Shown here in pieces: positions 1 through 10,048 of a DNA stretch of 64,000 nt. Made by a program: the position numbers and the translations under genes. Where the stretch lies: positions 1,801-65,800 of the forward strand of contig JAEZXS010000244.1 of assembly GCA_023442755.1 (NCBI GenBank), in the 5' to 3' direction. The notes below the pieces were generated by a model, which was not told the origin of the DNA, did not search any database, and was given only the letters and a program-made list of their open reading frames with translations. The DNA is from Pseudomonadota bacterium (GTDB taxonomy: Bacteria > Desulfobacterota > Syntrophobacteria > Syntrophobacterales > Syntrophobacteraceae). How positions within the stretch are numbered: the stretch's first letter is position 1; each line of letters begins with the position of its first letter.

Positions 1-162
1 GGTGGATATCGTCAATCAGTTTTCCGTAATTGGGCCAGTTCCCTCGAACAGGCCCTTCCAGTCCATTTCGCGCATCAGGAGCGCCAGGCTTTTCCGAACA
101 TTTTCCGGGAGCTTGGCGATCTGCTTTGCTGCTGTCTTCTTTATCGTCACTTTCCACGTCAT
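1..162 (-). pseudogene. RelE/ParE-type toxin gene, apparently frameshifted and cut by the window edge
   Basis: ATG at 162..160 reads MTWKVTIKKTAAKQIAKLPENVRKSLALLMREMDWKG, then LFEGTGPITEN and stop (TGA 18..16). The neighbouring frame continues PVRGNWPNYGKLIDDIH to position 1, which is the continuation I expect for this toxin family. That implies loss of 1 nt near 50-55. Confidence 0.4.
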
Positions 163-167
163 ATAAA

Positions 168-184
168 ATACCTATTTTAGGTAT
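168..184. promoter_or_regulatory. Inverted repeat ATACCTA-N3-TAGGTAT directly upstream of the toxin start; candidate TA operator
   Basis: Read directly: ATACCTA (168-174), ttt, TAGGTAT (178-184), 6 nt from the ATG at 162. Confidence 0.3.
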
Positions 185-381
185 CAAGTCAATGGAAGAT
201 AGTCACGTGGCGTTATTATTTTTCGAAATGATAACGTAGCGTAATGTGCTACGATATTTGGAAAAAAGAGAAATTTTTCGGGGTTGTGAATATGGGACTA
301 CCAGATCGGAAAATCGATTATGACCGATTTGGGAGCGAGAGGCGGATCAGGCACTGTCTCCAGTTCCCTCTGTCTGCTCCC

Positions 382-409
382 GATCACGGCTGCAAGCCGC
401 TCTCACAGG
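382..409. repeat. REP-like palindromic unit, family A (consensus about GTGGGAGCGGCTTGCAGCCGCGAT)
   Basis: gatcacggctgcaagccgctctcacagg. Core hairpin GCGGCTgcaAGCCGC. The same unit recurs at least 9 more times in the window. Confidence 0.8.
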
Positions 410-434
410 GCACCGAATGGCCTGGAATGTAACC

Positions 435-1448
435 CTAGGCCATCCGCGCGATTTGCCCGGTATCCAGGACTCCGAAGGTCTCGCCCGAACGGATGAACTG
501 TTTCATGAAATTGCCCAGGACCTGAATCTGCGTCTTGTAGTCGGCAATGGCGAGCTGCTTTTTGCCGACTTCCTCCGCCGTCAGCGTCATGTTGACCCAG
601 TCGATGCCGGACAGGACCCGGGCGATTTCCTCCGACCCGCCGAATCCTCCCTTTTCGACCCTTTCTTTCCACGCATTGGACGTCGGGTAGCCCGGATAGT
701 GGACCAGGTATGTCAGCGCATCGATGTCGGCGACGGAGAAGGCGTCTCTTTCGTGCAGCTTGTGCAGTGCGTTGAGAACGAAAACTCCCGTCGCGGAATG
801 GTCGGGGTGGAGGTCCCGCGGGTCCGGCATAACGATCCAGTCGGGGTCGAATGAGGTGATGATTTCTTGTATCATGCCGTCGAGGTCAGCCCCCGCGTAC
901 TTTTTCCAGCGTTCGAAGCTTGTCCGGTAATCCGGGCTGCTGAAATGGGTGTACGGGGAGGTGTAGGGCTTGAGGCTCGACCAGAAGCGCTTCCAGAGGC
1001 TGTCGATGCCCTGGTCGGGAAAACCGAGAAAACAGCCGTCTTCCGACTGAAGCCCCAGTTCCTCGATTGCCTTGACCGCCTCGTCGTGGCGCTTAATCCC
1101 ATAGGTGATGTAATCTTCGGGCGAGATATCGGTGCGGCCGCAGGAGATGCGAACCCCTTCCACATAGCCGTCGCCGTTTGTCATGTAAACGACGCGGACC
1201 TTGCCTTCGTCTTCGATCACGCGCTGGATGAGCCCGCTTGCCGCGAGGACTTCATCGTCGGGATGGGGGCTGAAAAACAGGAAGCGGGCGCCTTCGGGTA
1301 TTTCCAATATCGGGGATTGGATTTCTCCGGAGAGTAAATCCTGGGTCCTGGAAAGCGGGTTCCAGGACCTCCGGTTGAACACAGGAGTCGGGACAAGTGC
1401 CTGCACCCCCAAAAGGGCGGCTACTGCAAGAAATTCTCTACGGGTCAT
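435..1448 (-). CDS. PIG-L/LmbE-family deacetylase, exported (Tat/Sec-like N-terminus)
   Basis: FFSPHPDDEVL and HPDH motifs. I chose the start at MTRREFLAVAALLG (ATG 1448) because the longer ORF would overlap the upstream gene. Confidence 0.75.
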   Translation of the reverse strand: MTRREFLAVAALLGVQALVPTPVFNRRSWNPLSRTQDLLSGEIQSPILEIPEGARFLFFSPHPDDEVLAASGLIQRVIEDEGKVRVVYMTNGDGYVEGVRISCGRTDISPEDYITYGIKRHDEAVKAIEELGLQSEDGCFLGFPDQGIDSLWKRFWSSLKPYTSPYTHFSSPDYRTSFERWKKYAGADLDGMIQEIITSFDPDWIVMPDPRDLHPDHSATGVFVLNALHKLHERDAFSVADIDALTYLVHYPGYPTSNAWKERVEKGGFGGSEEIARVLSGIDWVNMTLTAEEVGKKQLAIADYKTQIQVLGNFMKQFIRSGETFGVLDTGQIARMA

Positions 1449-1470
1449 ACTTCGAAAACGGGTGCACCCA

Positions 1471-3048
1471 CTACTTTCTCTTGGCGGTCCGGACGTCCTG
1501 CTGGGCAACGGTGACCGCAAGAACGTTTCCGGGGACGAGCTTTTGATTGGGATTCATTTTATTCAGGGTGCAAAGCGTCTTCAAGGGGATGTGAAATTTT
1601 TCGGCAATGGAGCTGAGGGTGTCTCCCTGGCGGACCATGTAATGGATCGATTTCGGTCCAATATCGGAGAGGCTTTTTTTGCCGTTGCCGGTAGAAGCGA
1701 TGCTTTCTTTCCCGCGTTTTGCCGGGGCCGCAACCTGAGCCTTAGCAACCTGGACGGTTGCGGCAGGCACCTTGACGGTTCCGCCGGGCACCTTTACAGT
1801 CTGACCGGCCTTGAGCGCGCTCGATGAACTTTTCCCATTCAGGGCTATCAATGCGCCGACGGAGGTCTTGTAGCGTGTTGACAGGCTGTACCAGGTATCT
1901 CCGGGTTTAACCTTGTAGGTGGTGATCGCAGTGCGCACGGGTGCGGGAGCAGCCTGGGCGGGTGCGGGCTTCGCAGCCGCAGCCGTCGCCTTCAGATAGG
2001 GACCCGGCTTCAGGTCCGGACCGGATTGCCAGTCGGATTTCTCTTCCTGCTGGGGCTTTTTGGCCAGGGCGGCAAGGACATCTTCCTTTGTCCCGATGGG
2101 TACGCACAGTTCGTAGTCGGAACAGGCAGGCGGTGTTACCGGCTGGCATAGTTCCGGGTTGCAGTCCAGGAGGGCGCCTTCGGAGATTCCCGTCTGCTTG
2201 CCGACCCAGGAGAGTTTTACGCCTCCCGGAATCTTCACGGTTTCATGGCGTTCGACATAGTAGTTCGGATCGTAATGAAAGCCGTACTTCGCCGGGCTTC
2301 TGCTGATCTTTACGCTTGCCAGGACCTTGGGCACATAGTCGCATGTTTCGGAAGGCAGGTACCCATATTCCCTCAATTCCCAGAACGTCTTCATACCGCT
2401 TTTGAGAAGTGCGTTCTGAACTCCGTTTTCACCCGCGTTGTAGGCTGCGAGCGCCAGGGGCCATGAACCGAACGTATCGTAGAGAAACGACAGGTAATCG
2501 GCTGCCGCCGCCGCCGCTTTCATGGGATGCCTTCTTTCGTCGATATACCTGTTCTGCTCGAGGCCGAACCGGCTGCCCGTCGAGGGGATGAACTGCCACA
2601 TACCTACGGCCTTGGCGTGGGATCGGGCCATCGGAGAAAAGCCGCTCTCTACGAGTGCCACCATTATCAGGTCGGGCGGCAGCCCCTTGCGGCCGAAAAT
2701 CTCACGGGCCGGCACGGAATAAAAGCGCGCGCGGTCGAGCTGGGTCTGGAAACTTTTGTGGTTTTTTTCGGAGAAGCGGATCACCCAGGAATCGACTGCC
2801 GGGTGGTTGGGAACTTGCAGGACATTCTTGGGATCGGCGGCGGGCGGCGGCGTTGCCTGGGCTACCACGGGAGCCTGCGCCGGGCGCGCGGGAGCTGCCT
2901 GATGCGAGTAGCCGCATCCGGCAAGTAAAGCGAGTATTCCTCCCACGGCCGGCAACTTCAGCCGGAAAAGATCTCTGCTTTCCTTGGAACACAATGCCGT
3001 GGCCAGCCGCTGGTATACGTTAATCCTAACATGCCTGAAATACGCCAT
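1471..3048 (-). CDS. mltD: Membrane-bound lytic murein transglycosylase, MltD-like, with two C-terminal LysM domains
   Basis: SLT motif VESGFSPMARSHAKAVGMWQFIPSTG. LysM-like segments YKVKPGDTWYSLSTRY... and HYMVRQGDTLSSIAEKF... Lipoprotein-like N-terminus (LLAGCG). Confidence 0.8.
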   Translation of the reverse strand: MAYFRHVRINVYQRLATALCSKESRDLFRLKLPAVGGILALLAGCGYSHQAAPARPAQAPVVAQATPPPAADPKNVLQVPNHPAVDSWVIRFSEKNHKSFQTQLDRARFYSVPAREIFGRKGLPPDLIMVALVESGFSPMARSHAKAVGMWQFIPSTGSRFGLEQNRYIDERRHPMKAAAAAADYLSFLYDTFGSWPLALAAYNAGENGVQNALLKSGMKTFWELREYGYLPSETCDYVPKVLASVKISRSPAKYGFHYDPNYYVERHETVKIPGGVKLSWVGKQTGISEGALLDCNPELCQPVTPPACSDYELCVPIGTKEDVLAALAKKPQQEEKSDWQSGPDLKPGPYLKATAAAAKPAPAQAAPAPVRTAITTYKVKPGDTWYSLSTRYKTSVGALIALNGKSSSSALKAGQTVKVPGGTVKVPAATVQVAKAQVAAPAKRGKESIASTGNGKKSLSDIGPKSIHYMVRQGDTLSSIAEKFHIPLKTLCTLNKMNPNQKLVPGNVLAVTVAQQDVRTAKRK

Positions 3049-3625
3049 AGCCCTTCCCCCTCCAGTAGATCCCCTCTAACCCGGAGCTAAAACCTGGTGA
3101 ATCTTTTCAGAGTCGCTGTGATCTAGAATGCGGAACATTTCCGCCTGGGCAATGCACTTGAAAAGCCTTTCCCCATCCTGTGGCAAAAAAACACAGGAAA
3201 ACTCCGAGTGCATCACGCAGCCCGATGGGAGTCATCGATTCCCAGCCCCTCAAAGCGGACGTCCAATTTAGCACATATTAGATGGGGTGCAACACCGGAA
3301 AATCAGCTTAATCTCGACTGGAAGCCATTTTTTGCATGGAATCACCCATGCGAACCCCCGGAAAAGGCATGCAATTCCTGTGCGGGAAGTCTTGTATTAT
3401 TTAGAAGTTTTTGCAAGATATTTTGTAAGGAGTGGAAATGATTTCTAATTCCATCGCATATCGGGTTCGGGCCGCCCTCGCGCATTGGACCAAGGTCCAA
3501 TTGTGAAATCTGCTTTATGTGGTAGTTTTTTGACGTGCTCCGGGATTCCCAATTCGATTCCTTGTCCGATTGTGCAGATTAGAGCTGATTTTGTTGCAAG
3601 TTTACGCAGTTGAAAGGAGGGCCTT

Positions 3626-3868
3626 ATGTATTCAAATGCTTTCTTGATCGATCCGGGCAGTCCGAATGAACGCGACCTGGCGATGATAACGCAATTCCTG
3701 GAAGTCATGACGCGCTACAGAAGCCGTATCGGGATGGTCATCGCCGCCCTGGATACACCGGAAAAGGAATGTAAGAACGGCCTCAACGCCATTTTCAGCG
3801 AGCATGCGCCCGTCATCAATGCGGCGGACCCCGTGCAGGATGTTGACAGCCTGGTAGATGCGGCCTGA
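3626..3868 (+). CDS. Hypothetical small protein (80 aa)
   Basis: Strong SD AAAGGAGG 6 nt before the ATG. No family recognised. Confidence 0.45.
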   Translation: MYSNAFLIDPGSPNERDLAMITQFLEVMTRYRSRIGMVIAALDTPEKECKNGLNAIFSEHAPVINAADPVQDVDSLVDAA

Positions 3869-3907
3869 TGACAGTGAACACGATTGTAAAAATACGGAAA
3901 GGGCCTT

Positions 3908-4615
3908 TCAGGGAACATCGCTTTCTTCCCAGGCAATGGTCTCCAGCGTCCGAACTTCATTGCGTACATTCCTGATGATATCCCGCCAGGGCACCCCTTC
4001 CTTTGCCCTCAAGCGCAGACGGAGCCGGGTTGCGCCCGTCCCGGTTTCGTGATGGTAGTTGATGAAAAGGATTTCGACTTCCCGGAATCGATGCAAAACG
4101 GCCCTGAGGGTCTCAACCGTTTCTTCATCCTGCGACACGCATAACGACAGGTTTGCATAGGTATCGTGGGAAAACCACGGCTTCAGGTGCCTCAAAAAAT
4201 AGAGGACGAACAGGCTTAACGCCGTGGTGAGTGCGGCGGGCAGTACATAACCGGCCCCTACCGAAAGCCCCACGCCCGTGATCAGCCACATCGTGGCCGC
4301 CGTTGTCAGGCCCCGTATGGTTCCTTTCCCTTTTATGATCGCCCCTGCGCCCAGGAAACCCATACCCGCCACCGTATAGGATGCGATGCGCCCCGGATCG
4401 ATGCGAAGCACGGAATTCGCGTCCATTCCCGGAAACAGCGTGTGAAGATCGAGAGACAATATCATGAGCAGGCAGCCCGTCAGGGCTACCATCACGTTTG
4501 TTCTTATCCCGGCCGACTGTCCGTGGGATTCCCGTTCGAAGCCGATTACCGCCCCCATTATTGCGGCCAGCAGCAGTTTTTCTATCCATACGAAAGATTC
4601 GTGAATTTCCAGCAT
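3908..4615 (-). CDS. mgtC: MgtC/SapB-family membrane protein
   Basis: N-terminus LLLAAIMGAVIGFERESHGQSAGIRTNVMVALTGCLLM is typical of MgtC. Four to five TM segments plus a soluble C-terminal domain. Confidence 0.8.
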   Translation of the reverse strand: MLEIHESFVWIEKLLLAAIMGAVIGFERESHGQSAGIRTNVMVALTGCLLMILSLDLHTLFPGMDANSVLRIDPGRIASYTVAGMGFLGAGAIIKGKGTIRGLTTAATMWLITGVGLSVGAGYVLPAALTTALSLFVLYFLRHLKPWFSHDTYANLSLCVSQDEETVETLRAVLHRFREVEILFINYHHETGTGATRLRLRLRAKEGVPWRDIIRNVRNEVRTLETIAWEESDVP

Positions 4616-4861
4616 GGGATTTTCCTTTCCCGCCAGGCGAGGACTTGCGGGAAGCGGCCGGTCCGTCGATGCCGACCTGAACCGGTTCCCTGATGTGAAA
4701 GCTAGGAAACGGTGCGGGAATAGTCCAGAAGTGAGAAAAGAGATGAACGGCGTCCAACTATCCTAGGAGCCGCAATCTTCCCACGTGACTCATGCGGGAA
4801 TTTGTAAGATTTATCTGGTATTATTCGATAAATAGTATTCTCATTCGCATTTCGGCTTATA

Positions 4862-7800
4862 ATGACGCTGAGCCCTGCCGATGCAGGAAGAGCAGGAACC
4901 GTCCCCCCGTCTCGCATCATGAGGGATAATGTGCGCAAGACCATTTTGACCGCCTGGTCCATCCCCAAGAAATTATTGCTGCTTCTTTTGATAATATGCA
5001 TGACCGCGGCCGGAATCATCGTCATGTCCGGTTTGGCCCACCGCGACCATGTGCTTCGGGAGGCGAAGTACAAGACCTTGCTGCTGGTTCAGAGCATCGC
5101 CGCCCAGCAGGAGCAAATCGCCCTCGGCGCCCGGCAGATGCTTTCCGCGCTCGCTCAGCTTCCCCAGGTTCAAAAGCTGGACCCGGAGGGCTGCAACGAA
5201 CTCTTCCGTGAGATCGTAAGCCGGCATCCCAACTTCACCACCATTCTGGGCGTCGCCCTGGACGGAAACGTAGTTGCCTCTTCCGTGCCTTTCGCCCCCG
5301 GCGTGAACCTGTCAGACCGAAAACACTTTCAGGACGCGGTGAGGACCCGCGATTTTTCCGCGGGGGAATATATCGTCGGCAGGGTAACCAAGGTCCCCTC
5401 ACTCAGCTATTCTTTCCCTGTGCTCGATGCGGATCACGGGCTCGCAGGTGTCATAATCGGTAGCTTCCGATTGGACGCCTATGCCGATTTCGTCAAGAAC
5501 GCCAATCTGCCCGAGGGCTCCGTGGTGACGATTTTCGACTACAAGGGCACGCGTCTCTATCGATTGCCGGACGATGGCAATCTGATCGGCAAGCCTGTTG
5601 GCGCCGAATCGTTCAAGCTGATGTCGGGAGCGCTCGACCAGGGGGAATATGAAAGAACCGGAGACGACGGAACCCGACGGCTATTTGCGTTCAAGAGGCT
5701 GAGCCTTGCCGAGGGAGAGCGGCCCTACATGTACGTTGGCGCGGGGATCCCGAAGGACGAGGTCTCGGGCGGCGCGATCAGGGAGATGCTGGACAACCTG
5801 TCCATCCTCGGTTTTTCCGGCATGGCAGTGGGTGTGCTCGGGTTCTTCCTCTTCAAGTATGTTTTCGCCAGGCCGATCAAACGCCTGGTCGAAACCACTC
5901 AGCAGGTTGGAAAAGGCGAGCTGGGGATACGCACGGGACTGCCGCATACCCCCGACGAACTGGGCTGGCTGGCCGAGTCTTTCGACGAAATGGCCGAACT
6001 GCTCGAAGAGCGAAGCAATCAGCGCAGGCAGGCCGAGGAGGCCCTGAGGCTAAGCGAAGAGAAATTCAGGGTGCTTTTCCGGTCCAGCCCCGGCGCATTG
6101 GTGTTTGCCTCTATCGACGAGGGGCGAATATTAGACGTAAATGAAGGCTGCTGCCGCCTTTTCGGCTATTCCAGGGAGGAAATGATCGGCAAAACCGGGA
6201 CGGAACTCGGCATCTGGGGCTCTCCGGAAGAGCGCCATGCCATAAGCGAAATGCTGGATTCCCGGGGAGCGGTGAGCAATTTCGAGTGCCGTCTCCGGAC
6301 CAAAGCCGGCGAGATCCGGTCGGCCTTCATGTCGGTCGAAATCATGGAAATCGAGAACCGGCGCTGCATGCTCGTGGTTGTCAACGATATCAGTGAGCGG
6401 AAGGCTGCCGAGACGGTGTTGGCCCTGACCCGGTTTTCCATAGAGCACGCGGTGGATCCTATTTTCTGGGTAGGACCCGATGCGCGGCTGCTGTATGCCA
6501 ACGAAGCTGCGTGCCGGAGCCTGGGGTATTCCAGGGAGGAACTTCTTTCGCTGTCCGTGCCGGACATCGATCCGCATATCCACATGGAGAGTTGGCACGC
6601 TCTTTACGAATCGAGAAAGCAGGGGGGCAGCGATACATTTGAGAGTGTCCATCGACATAAGGACGGGACGGTTTTCCCCGTCGAAGTCAGCCTGACCAAC
6701 CTCGTCTTCCATGATGCGGAATTCGATTTTGTTTTTGCAAAAGACATTCGCGGGCGCAGAGAAGCGGAACGGGCATTGCGGGAGAGCGAAAAACGGCTCC
6801 AGCTCGCCCTGGGCGCATCGCGAATGGGCGTCTGGGAACTGGACCTTCAGAACGGTGCTGCCTTCTGGTCGCCCGAATGCTACGACATCCTGGGCATGAA
6901 GGAATCGGACGGTCCGATCGACTTCACCAGGATAGGGCAGCTGGAGCGAATCCTTCAGGTTATGGCGGCTGCGTCGCGCTCATCGGTGGAAGGCAGTGTC
7001 TACGAGGAGGAGTTCAAAACCGTTTGTCCGGAAACGGGGGAACGCTGGATATCCATACTGGGCCGGGCGGAGTATGACGTAAACGGCATGCCCCTGCGGC
7101 TTACCGGCACCATCCAGGATATCACCCGCCGTAAAAGGATGGAAAACGACCTTCGGGCCAGCGAGGAAATGTTCCGCCTGCTGGTGGAAAACGCCCCCGA
7201 TTCCATTCACGTTCAGACCCAGGGGAACTTCGCGTACGTAAACCCGGCCGCCATGAGGCTGGTTGGCGCGGTTTCCAGGGAGCAACTCCTTGGCCGATCG
7301 GTCCTGGACACGACCGATCCCGCCTTCCATGAAGAGGTGAGGGAACGCATTCACAGGGCCAACATCGAGAGAAGGTACCTGCCGCCCTCCGAGCAAAGGC
7401 TGATCCGGCTCGACGGGACGCCGGTCGACGTAGAAGCCTCGGGGGTGCCCATCGTCTATGAGAACAGAAACGGCGCCCTGGTTTTCATGCGGGACATCAG
7501 CGAGCGCAAGCGGGCGGAGGATGAGCGCGAGCAGCTGGAACGCCAGTTGCGCCAGGCGCAGAAAACAGAAGCCATAGGTACGCTTGCCGGAGGTATAGCC
7601 CATGACTTCAATAACATACTTGTTCCCGTTATGGGCTACACGGAGATGGTCCTCAACGAAGTTCCCCCGGGCTCCACAACGCACACCCACCTGCAGCAGG
7701 TCCTCAATGCAGCGAATCACGCCAAGGACCTTGTGAAACAGATTCTTGCAATCGGCCGTCACGGCCAGGAACAGGAAAAGAAGCCCCTGGACATCGGCGT

Positions 7801-8701
7801 CGTTGTCCGGGAGGCGATGAACCTCCTGCGGGCCACCCTGCCCACCACGATCGAGATCAGGCAGGAAATCGGAACAGGTGTGGCTTCGGCCGACCCGACG
7901 CAGATACACCAGGTGATGCTAAACCTGTGCATGAATGCGGCCCATGCCATGAACAACAGGGGCATACTCGACGTGAGCCTGCGTCCGTGCAAGCTGGACC
8001 AGGCCGACCTGTCCGTTCTTTCCATAATGGATCTCAATCCCGGACGATACCTGAAACTTTCCGTTTCGGATACGGGCTGCGGCATGGATAAGGCCACCCT
8101 GGACCGCATCTTCGATCCGTATTTCACCACCAAGGCAGTGGGGAAAGGCAGCGGGCTGGGGCTGGCGGTCGTTCACGGGATCGTCAAGAGGCATGACGGG
8201 GCCGTTTCCGTCCGGAGCAAACCCGGCGAGGGCAGCACTTTCTGCATCTATCTGCCGGAGATAGAAGCAAAAGCCCGGTCTGCGGCTGATGCGGCGCAAA
8301 CCCTGCCCAAAGGGTCGGAACGGATCCTGCTCGTGGACGATGAAAAAACCGTTATGGACCTGGGCGCCAAGATGCTCGAAAAACTCGGCTACCACGTCAC
8401 CGCCGAATCCGGCAGCGTGCGCGCCCTGGAAGTATTCCGCTCCCGGCCGGATGATTTCGACCTGATCGTCAGCGACTACACCATGCCCAACCTGACCGGG
8501 ATAGACCTTGCCCTTGAAATTCGGCGGATAAGGCCGGACAAGCCTATCATTTTGTGTACCGGGTTCAGCGAACGGCTGAATGAAACAACGGCCCAGGAAC
8601 TCGGCGTGGGGCTCATGATGAAGCCTTTCGGGATCAAGCAGGCTGCGGATCTCGTCCGGAAGACCCTCGATGCGCGGAAGGGTCCTGGAGCGGGGAAATA
8701 G
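4862..8701 (+). CDS. Hybrid sensor histidine kinase: TM - Cache-like - TM - HAMP - about 4 PAS - HisKA - HATPase - receiver
   Basis: H-box [12 protein letters not shown]-boxes DTGCGMD and [11 protein letters not shown]. Receiver ILLVDDE...[20 protein letters not shown]-terminated PAS repeats. The start is uncertain (alternative MRDNVRK at 4919). Confidence 0.85.
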   Translation: MTLSPADAGRAGTVPPSRIMRDNVRKTILTAWSIPKKLLLLLLIICMTAAGIIVMSGLAHRDHVLREAKYKTLLLVQSIAAQQEQIALGARQMLSALAQLPQVQKLDPEGCNELFREIVSRHPNFTTILGVALDGNVVASSVPFAPGVNLSDRKHFQDAVRTRDFSAGEYIVGRVTKVPSLSYSFPVLDADHGLAGVIIGSFRLDAYADFVKNANLPEGSVVTIFDYKGTRLYRLPDDGNLIGKPVGAESFKLMSGALDQGEYERTGDDGTRRLFAFKRLSLAEGERPYMYVGAGIPKDEVSGGAIREMLDNLSILGFSGMAVGVLGFFLFKYVFARPIKRLVETTQQVGKGELGIRTGLPHTPDELGWLAESFDEMAELLEERSNQRRQAEEALRLSEEKFRVLFRSSPGALVFASIDEGRILDVNEGCCRLFGYSREEMIGKTGTELGIWGSPEERHAISEMLDSRGAVSNFECRLRTKAGEIRSAFMSVEIMEIENRRCMLVVVNDISERKAAETVLALTRFSIEHAVDPIFWVGPDARLLYANEAACRSLGYSREELLSLSVPDIDPHIHMESWHALYESRKQGGSDTFESVHRHKDGTVFPVEVSLTNLVFHDAEFDFVFAKDIRGRREAERALRESEKRLQLALGASRMGVWELDLQNGAAFWSPECYDILGMKESDGPIDFTRIGQLERILQVMAAASRSSVEGSVYEEEFKTVCPETGERWISILGRAEYDVNGMPLRLTGTIQDITRRKRMENDLRASEEMFRLLVENAPDSIHVQTQGNFAYVNPAAMRLVGAVSREQLLGRSVLDTTDPAFHEEVRERIHRANIERRYLPPSEQRLIRLDGTPVDVEASGVPIVYENRNGALVFMRDISERKRAEDEREQLERQLRQAQKTEAIGTLAGGIAHDFNNILVPVMGYTEMVLNEVPPGSTTHTHLQQVLNAANHAKDLVKQILAIGRHGQEQEKKPLDIGVVVREAMNLLRATLPTTIEIRQEIGTGVASADPTQIHQVMLNLCMNAAHAMNNRGILDVSLRPCKLDQADLSVLSIMDLNPGRYLKLSVSDTGCGMDKATLDRIFDPYFTTKAVGKGSGLGLAVVHGIVKRHDGAVSVRSKPGEGSTFCIYLPEIEAKARSAADAAQTLPKGSERILLVDDEKTVMDLGAKMLEKLGYHVTAESGSVRALEVFRSRPDDFDLIVSDYTMPNLTGIDLALEIRRIRPDKPIILCTGFSERLNETTAQELGVGLMMKPFGIKQAADLVRKTLDARKGPGAGK

Positions 8702-8723
8702 CCGAGGAAGATTTGTTTTATGG

Positions 8724-9004
8724 GATTGCAGTAAGGCCGCGAACTGCGAAGAGTAGAGGGCGAAACGAAGCTTGCCATGTTGCGGTAAGGCCACGAAGGA
8801 AAAGATTTTCTTTAGGCAGTGTTGCTGCGGGAGCGCCTTACAGCCGCGATGCGTTGTCATCGAAGGTGCGCGTTGATTCTTTCCCACGCAAAGGCGCGAA
8901 TCCCGCGAAACGCGGGAGCGAAGAAACGCCAAGACGCCAAGTTGTTTTTCTCGTTCCCATGCTGTGCGACGCCGGGAGCGTGGGAACGAGAAACGAAAAA
9001 TTCC
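8724..9004. repeat. Mosaic of short intergenic repeat modules (left copy)
   Basis: Modules ttgcRgtaaggccRcgaag (twice), aggcagtgttgctgcgggagcgcc, a family-A unit (8824-8853) and cccacgcaaaggcgcgaatcccgcgaaacgcgggagcgaagaaa (8883-8926). The same modules recur inverted at 13916-14145. Confidence 0.75.
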
Positions 9005-9201
9005 CCTGTGGGAGTGGCTTCTAGCCGCGCAGATTGATGACAAACTCTAAAATCATCGTGATCGTCGTTCCGGCGAAAGCCGGAATCCAGTGTTTTCAAG
9101 CATTTCTGGACCCCGATGCCTGCCCCGGACCTGATCCGGGGTTCGTCGGGGTGACGGATTGGGGGCTTTTTTCAACAGTCTGAGCGGCTTCCAGCCGCGA
9201 T
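9005..9201. repeat. Composite repeat element, copy 1: family-A unit + 149-bp core + family-A unit
   Basis: Core 9034-9182 matches 59698-59845 with about 10 differences. It contains hairpins TTCCGGC-gaaa-GCCGGAA (9068-9085) and CCCCGGA-cctga-TCCGGGG (9123-9141). Flanking units are at 9005-9032 and 9182-9201. Confidence 0.85.
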
Positions 9202-9239
9202 ATTACCTGCACCGGCCCTGAGATGTTGCAGGGGAGCCG

Positions 9240-9710
9240 CTATTCTTCCTGGCGCACGAATATCCTTTGTCCACGGTCGCTGGAAGCTTCCAGCCTGGGC
9301 ACCACGATGCGAAGAACGCCCCGCTTGAATTCAGCCTGTATTCCACCTTCATCGACCGGATACGGGAACTTGAAAACGCGCGAGAATCCCCCCTGGGGCC
9401 GTTCGAGGCGAATCGGTTCCCCATCCTGCCGGGCGTCGGACTTAGATCCGGAAACATAGAGCCGGTCCGCCTTGCACTCGACCTCCATGTCGTCGTCGCG
9501 GACTCCCGGAAGGTCGATGGTGTAGATAAGCTCTTTCCCCGTATCGACTATGTCCGTCAACGGCACCCAGTCATCGCATTGCGCATCCTGCCCGGAATCC
9601 TCGCTGCCCTTTTCGGCATCGAAGTTACACAGAAAAAGCTCTTCCATCCGGTCCTTCATTGCCTTCAGTTCTTCAATGAAGGCATTCCTCGTATTTGCGG
9701 CCACAAACAT
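9240..9710 (-). CDS. Hsp20/alpha-crystallin family small heat-shock protein
   Basis: Alpha-crystallin domain: PLTDIVDTGKELIYTIDLPGV...FSRVFKFPYPVDEGGIQAEFKRGVLRIVVPR. Confidence 0.85.
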   Translation of the reverse strand: MFVAANTRNAFIEELKAMKDRMEELFLCNFDAEKGSEDSGQDAQCDDWVPLTDIVDTGKELIYTIDLPGVRDDDMEVECKADRLYVSGSKSDARQDGEPIRLERPQGGFSRVFKFPYPVDEGGIQAEFKRGVLRIVVPRLEASSDRGQRIFVRQEE

Positions 9711-10048
9711 CCTCCCATCCCGATAAGGTCGGTTTCACTCCCCACCAAAACAGTGAAAGCTGCTTCGGACTAATGTTTCCTCACAGCTTCCCGGCCCTTG
9801 AACAAACGATTTTCAAACCCTTTTGAATAATCATCCTGAATCTAAGAAACAAGCCAAGAGCTGTCAACAAGCCTGAAAAACGCCCATTCAGCGCTGCCAG
9901 GCGGGTTTCCCGCAGGTCGATTGCCATTATAGAACACGAATATTCCCGTTTGAAAACATTGCTGTTCGTTCCCTGCCGAAAAAAGGGCGGAAGCCGGCTC
10001 GGCTCCCGCCCTTTTGACGGATGACATGGTTAGCAAAGCCGCTCCCGC

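Noticed and set aside
3050-3625. ORFs 3208-3441 (+) and 3445-3708 (-) in the 570-bp lower-GC spacer between mltD and the small ORF
   Set aside because: There is no SD or motif, and one overlaps the better-supported 3626-3868 ORF. The region is more likely promoter or regulatory DNA.
9711-9840. Heat-shock promoter or RNA thermometer upstream of hsp20
   Set aside because: I could not find a convincing sigma32 (CTTGAA...CCCCAT) or sigma54 match, or an anti-SD pairing.
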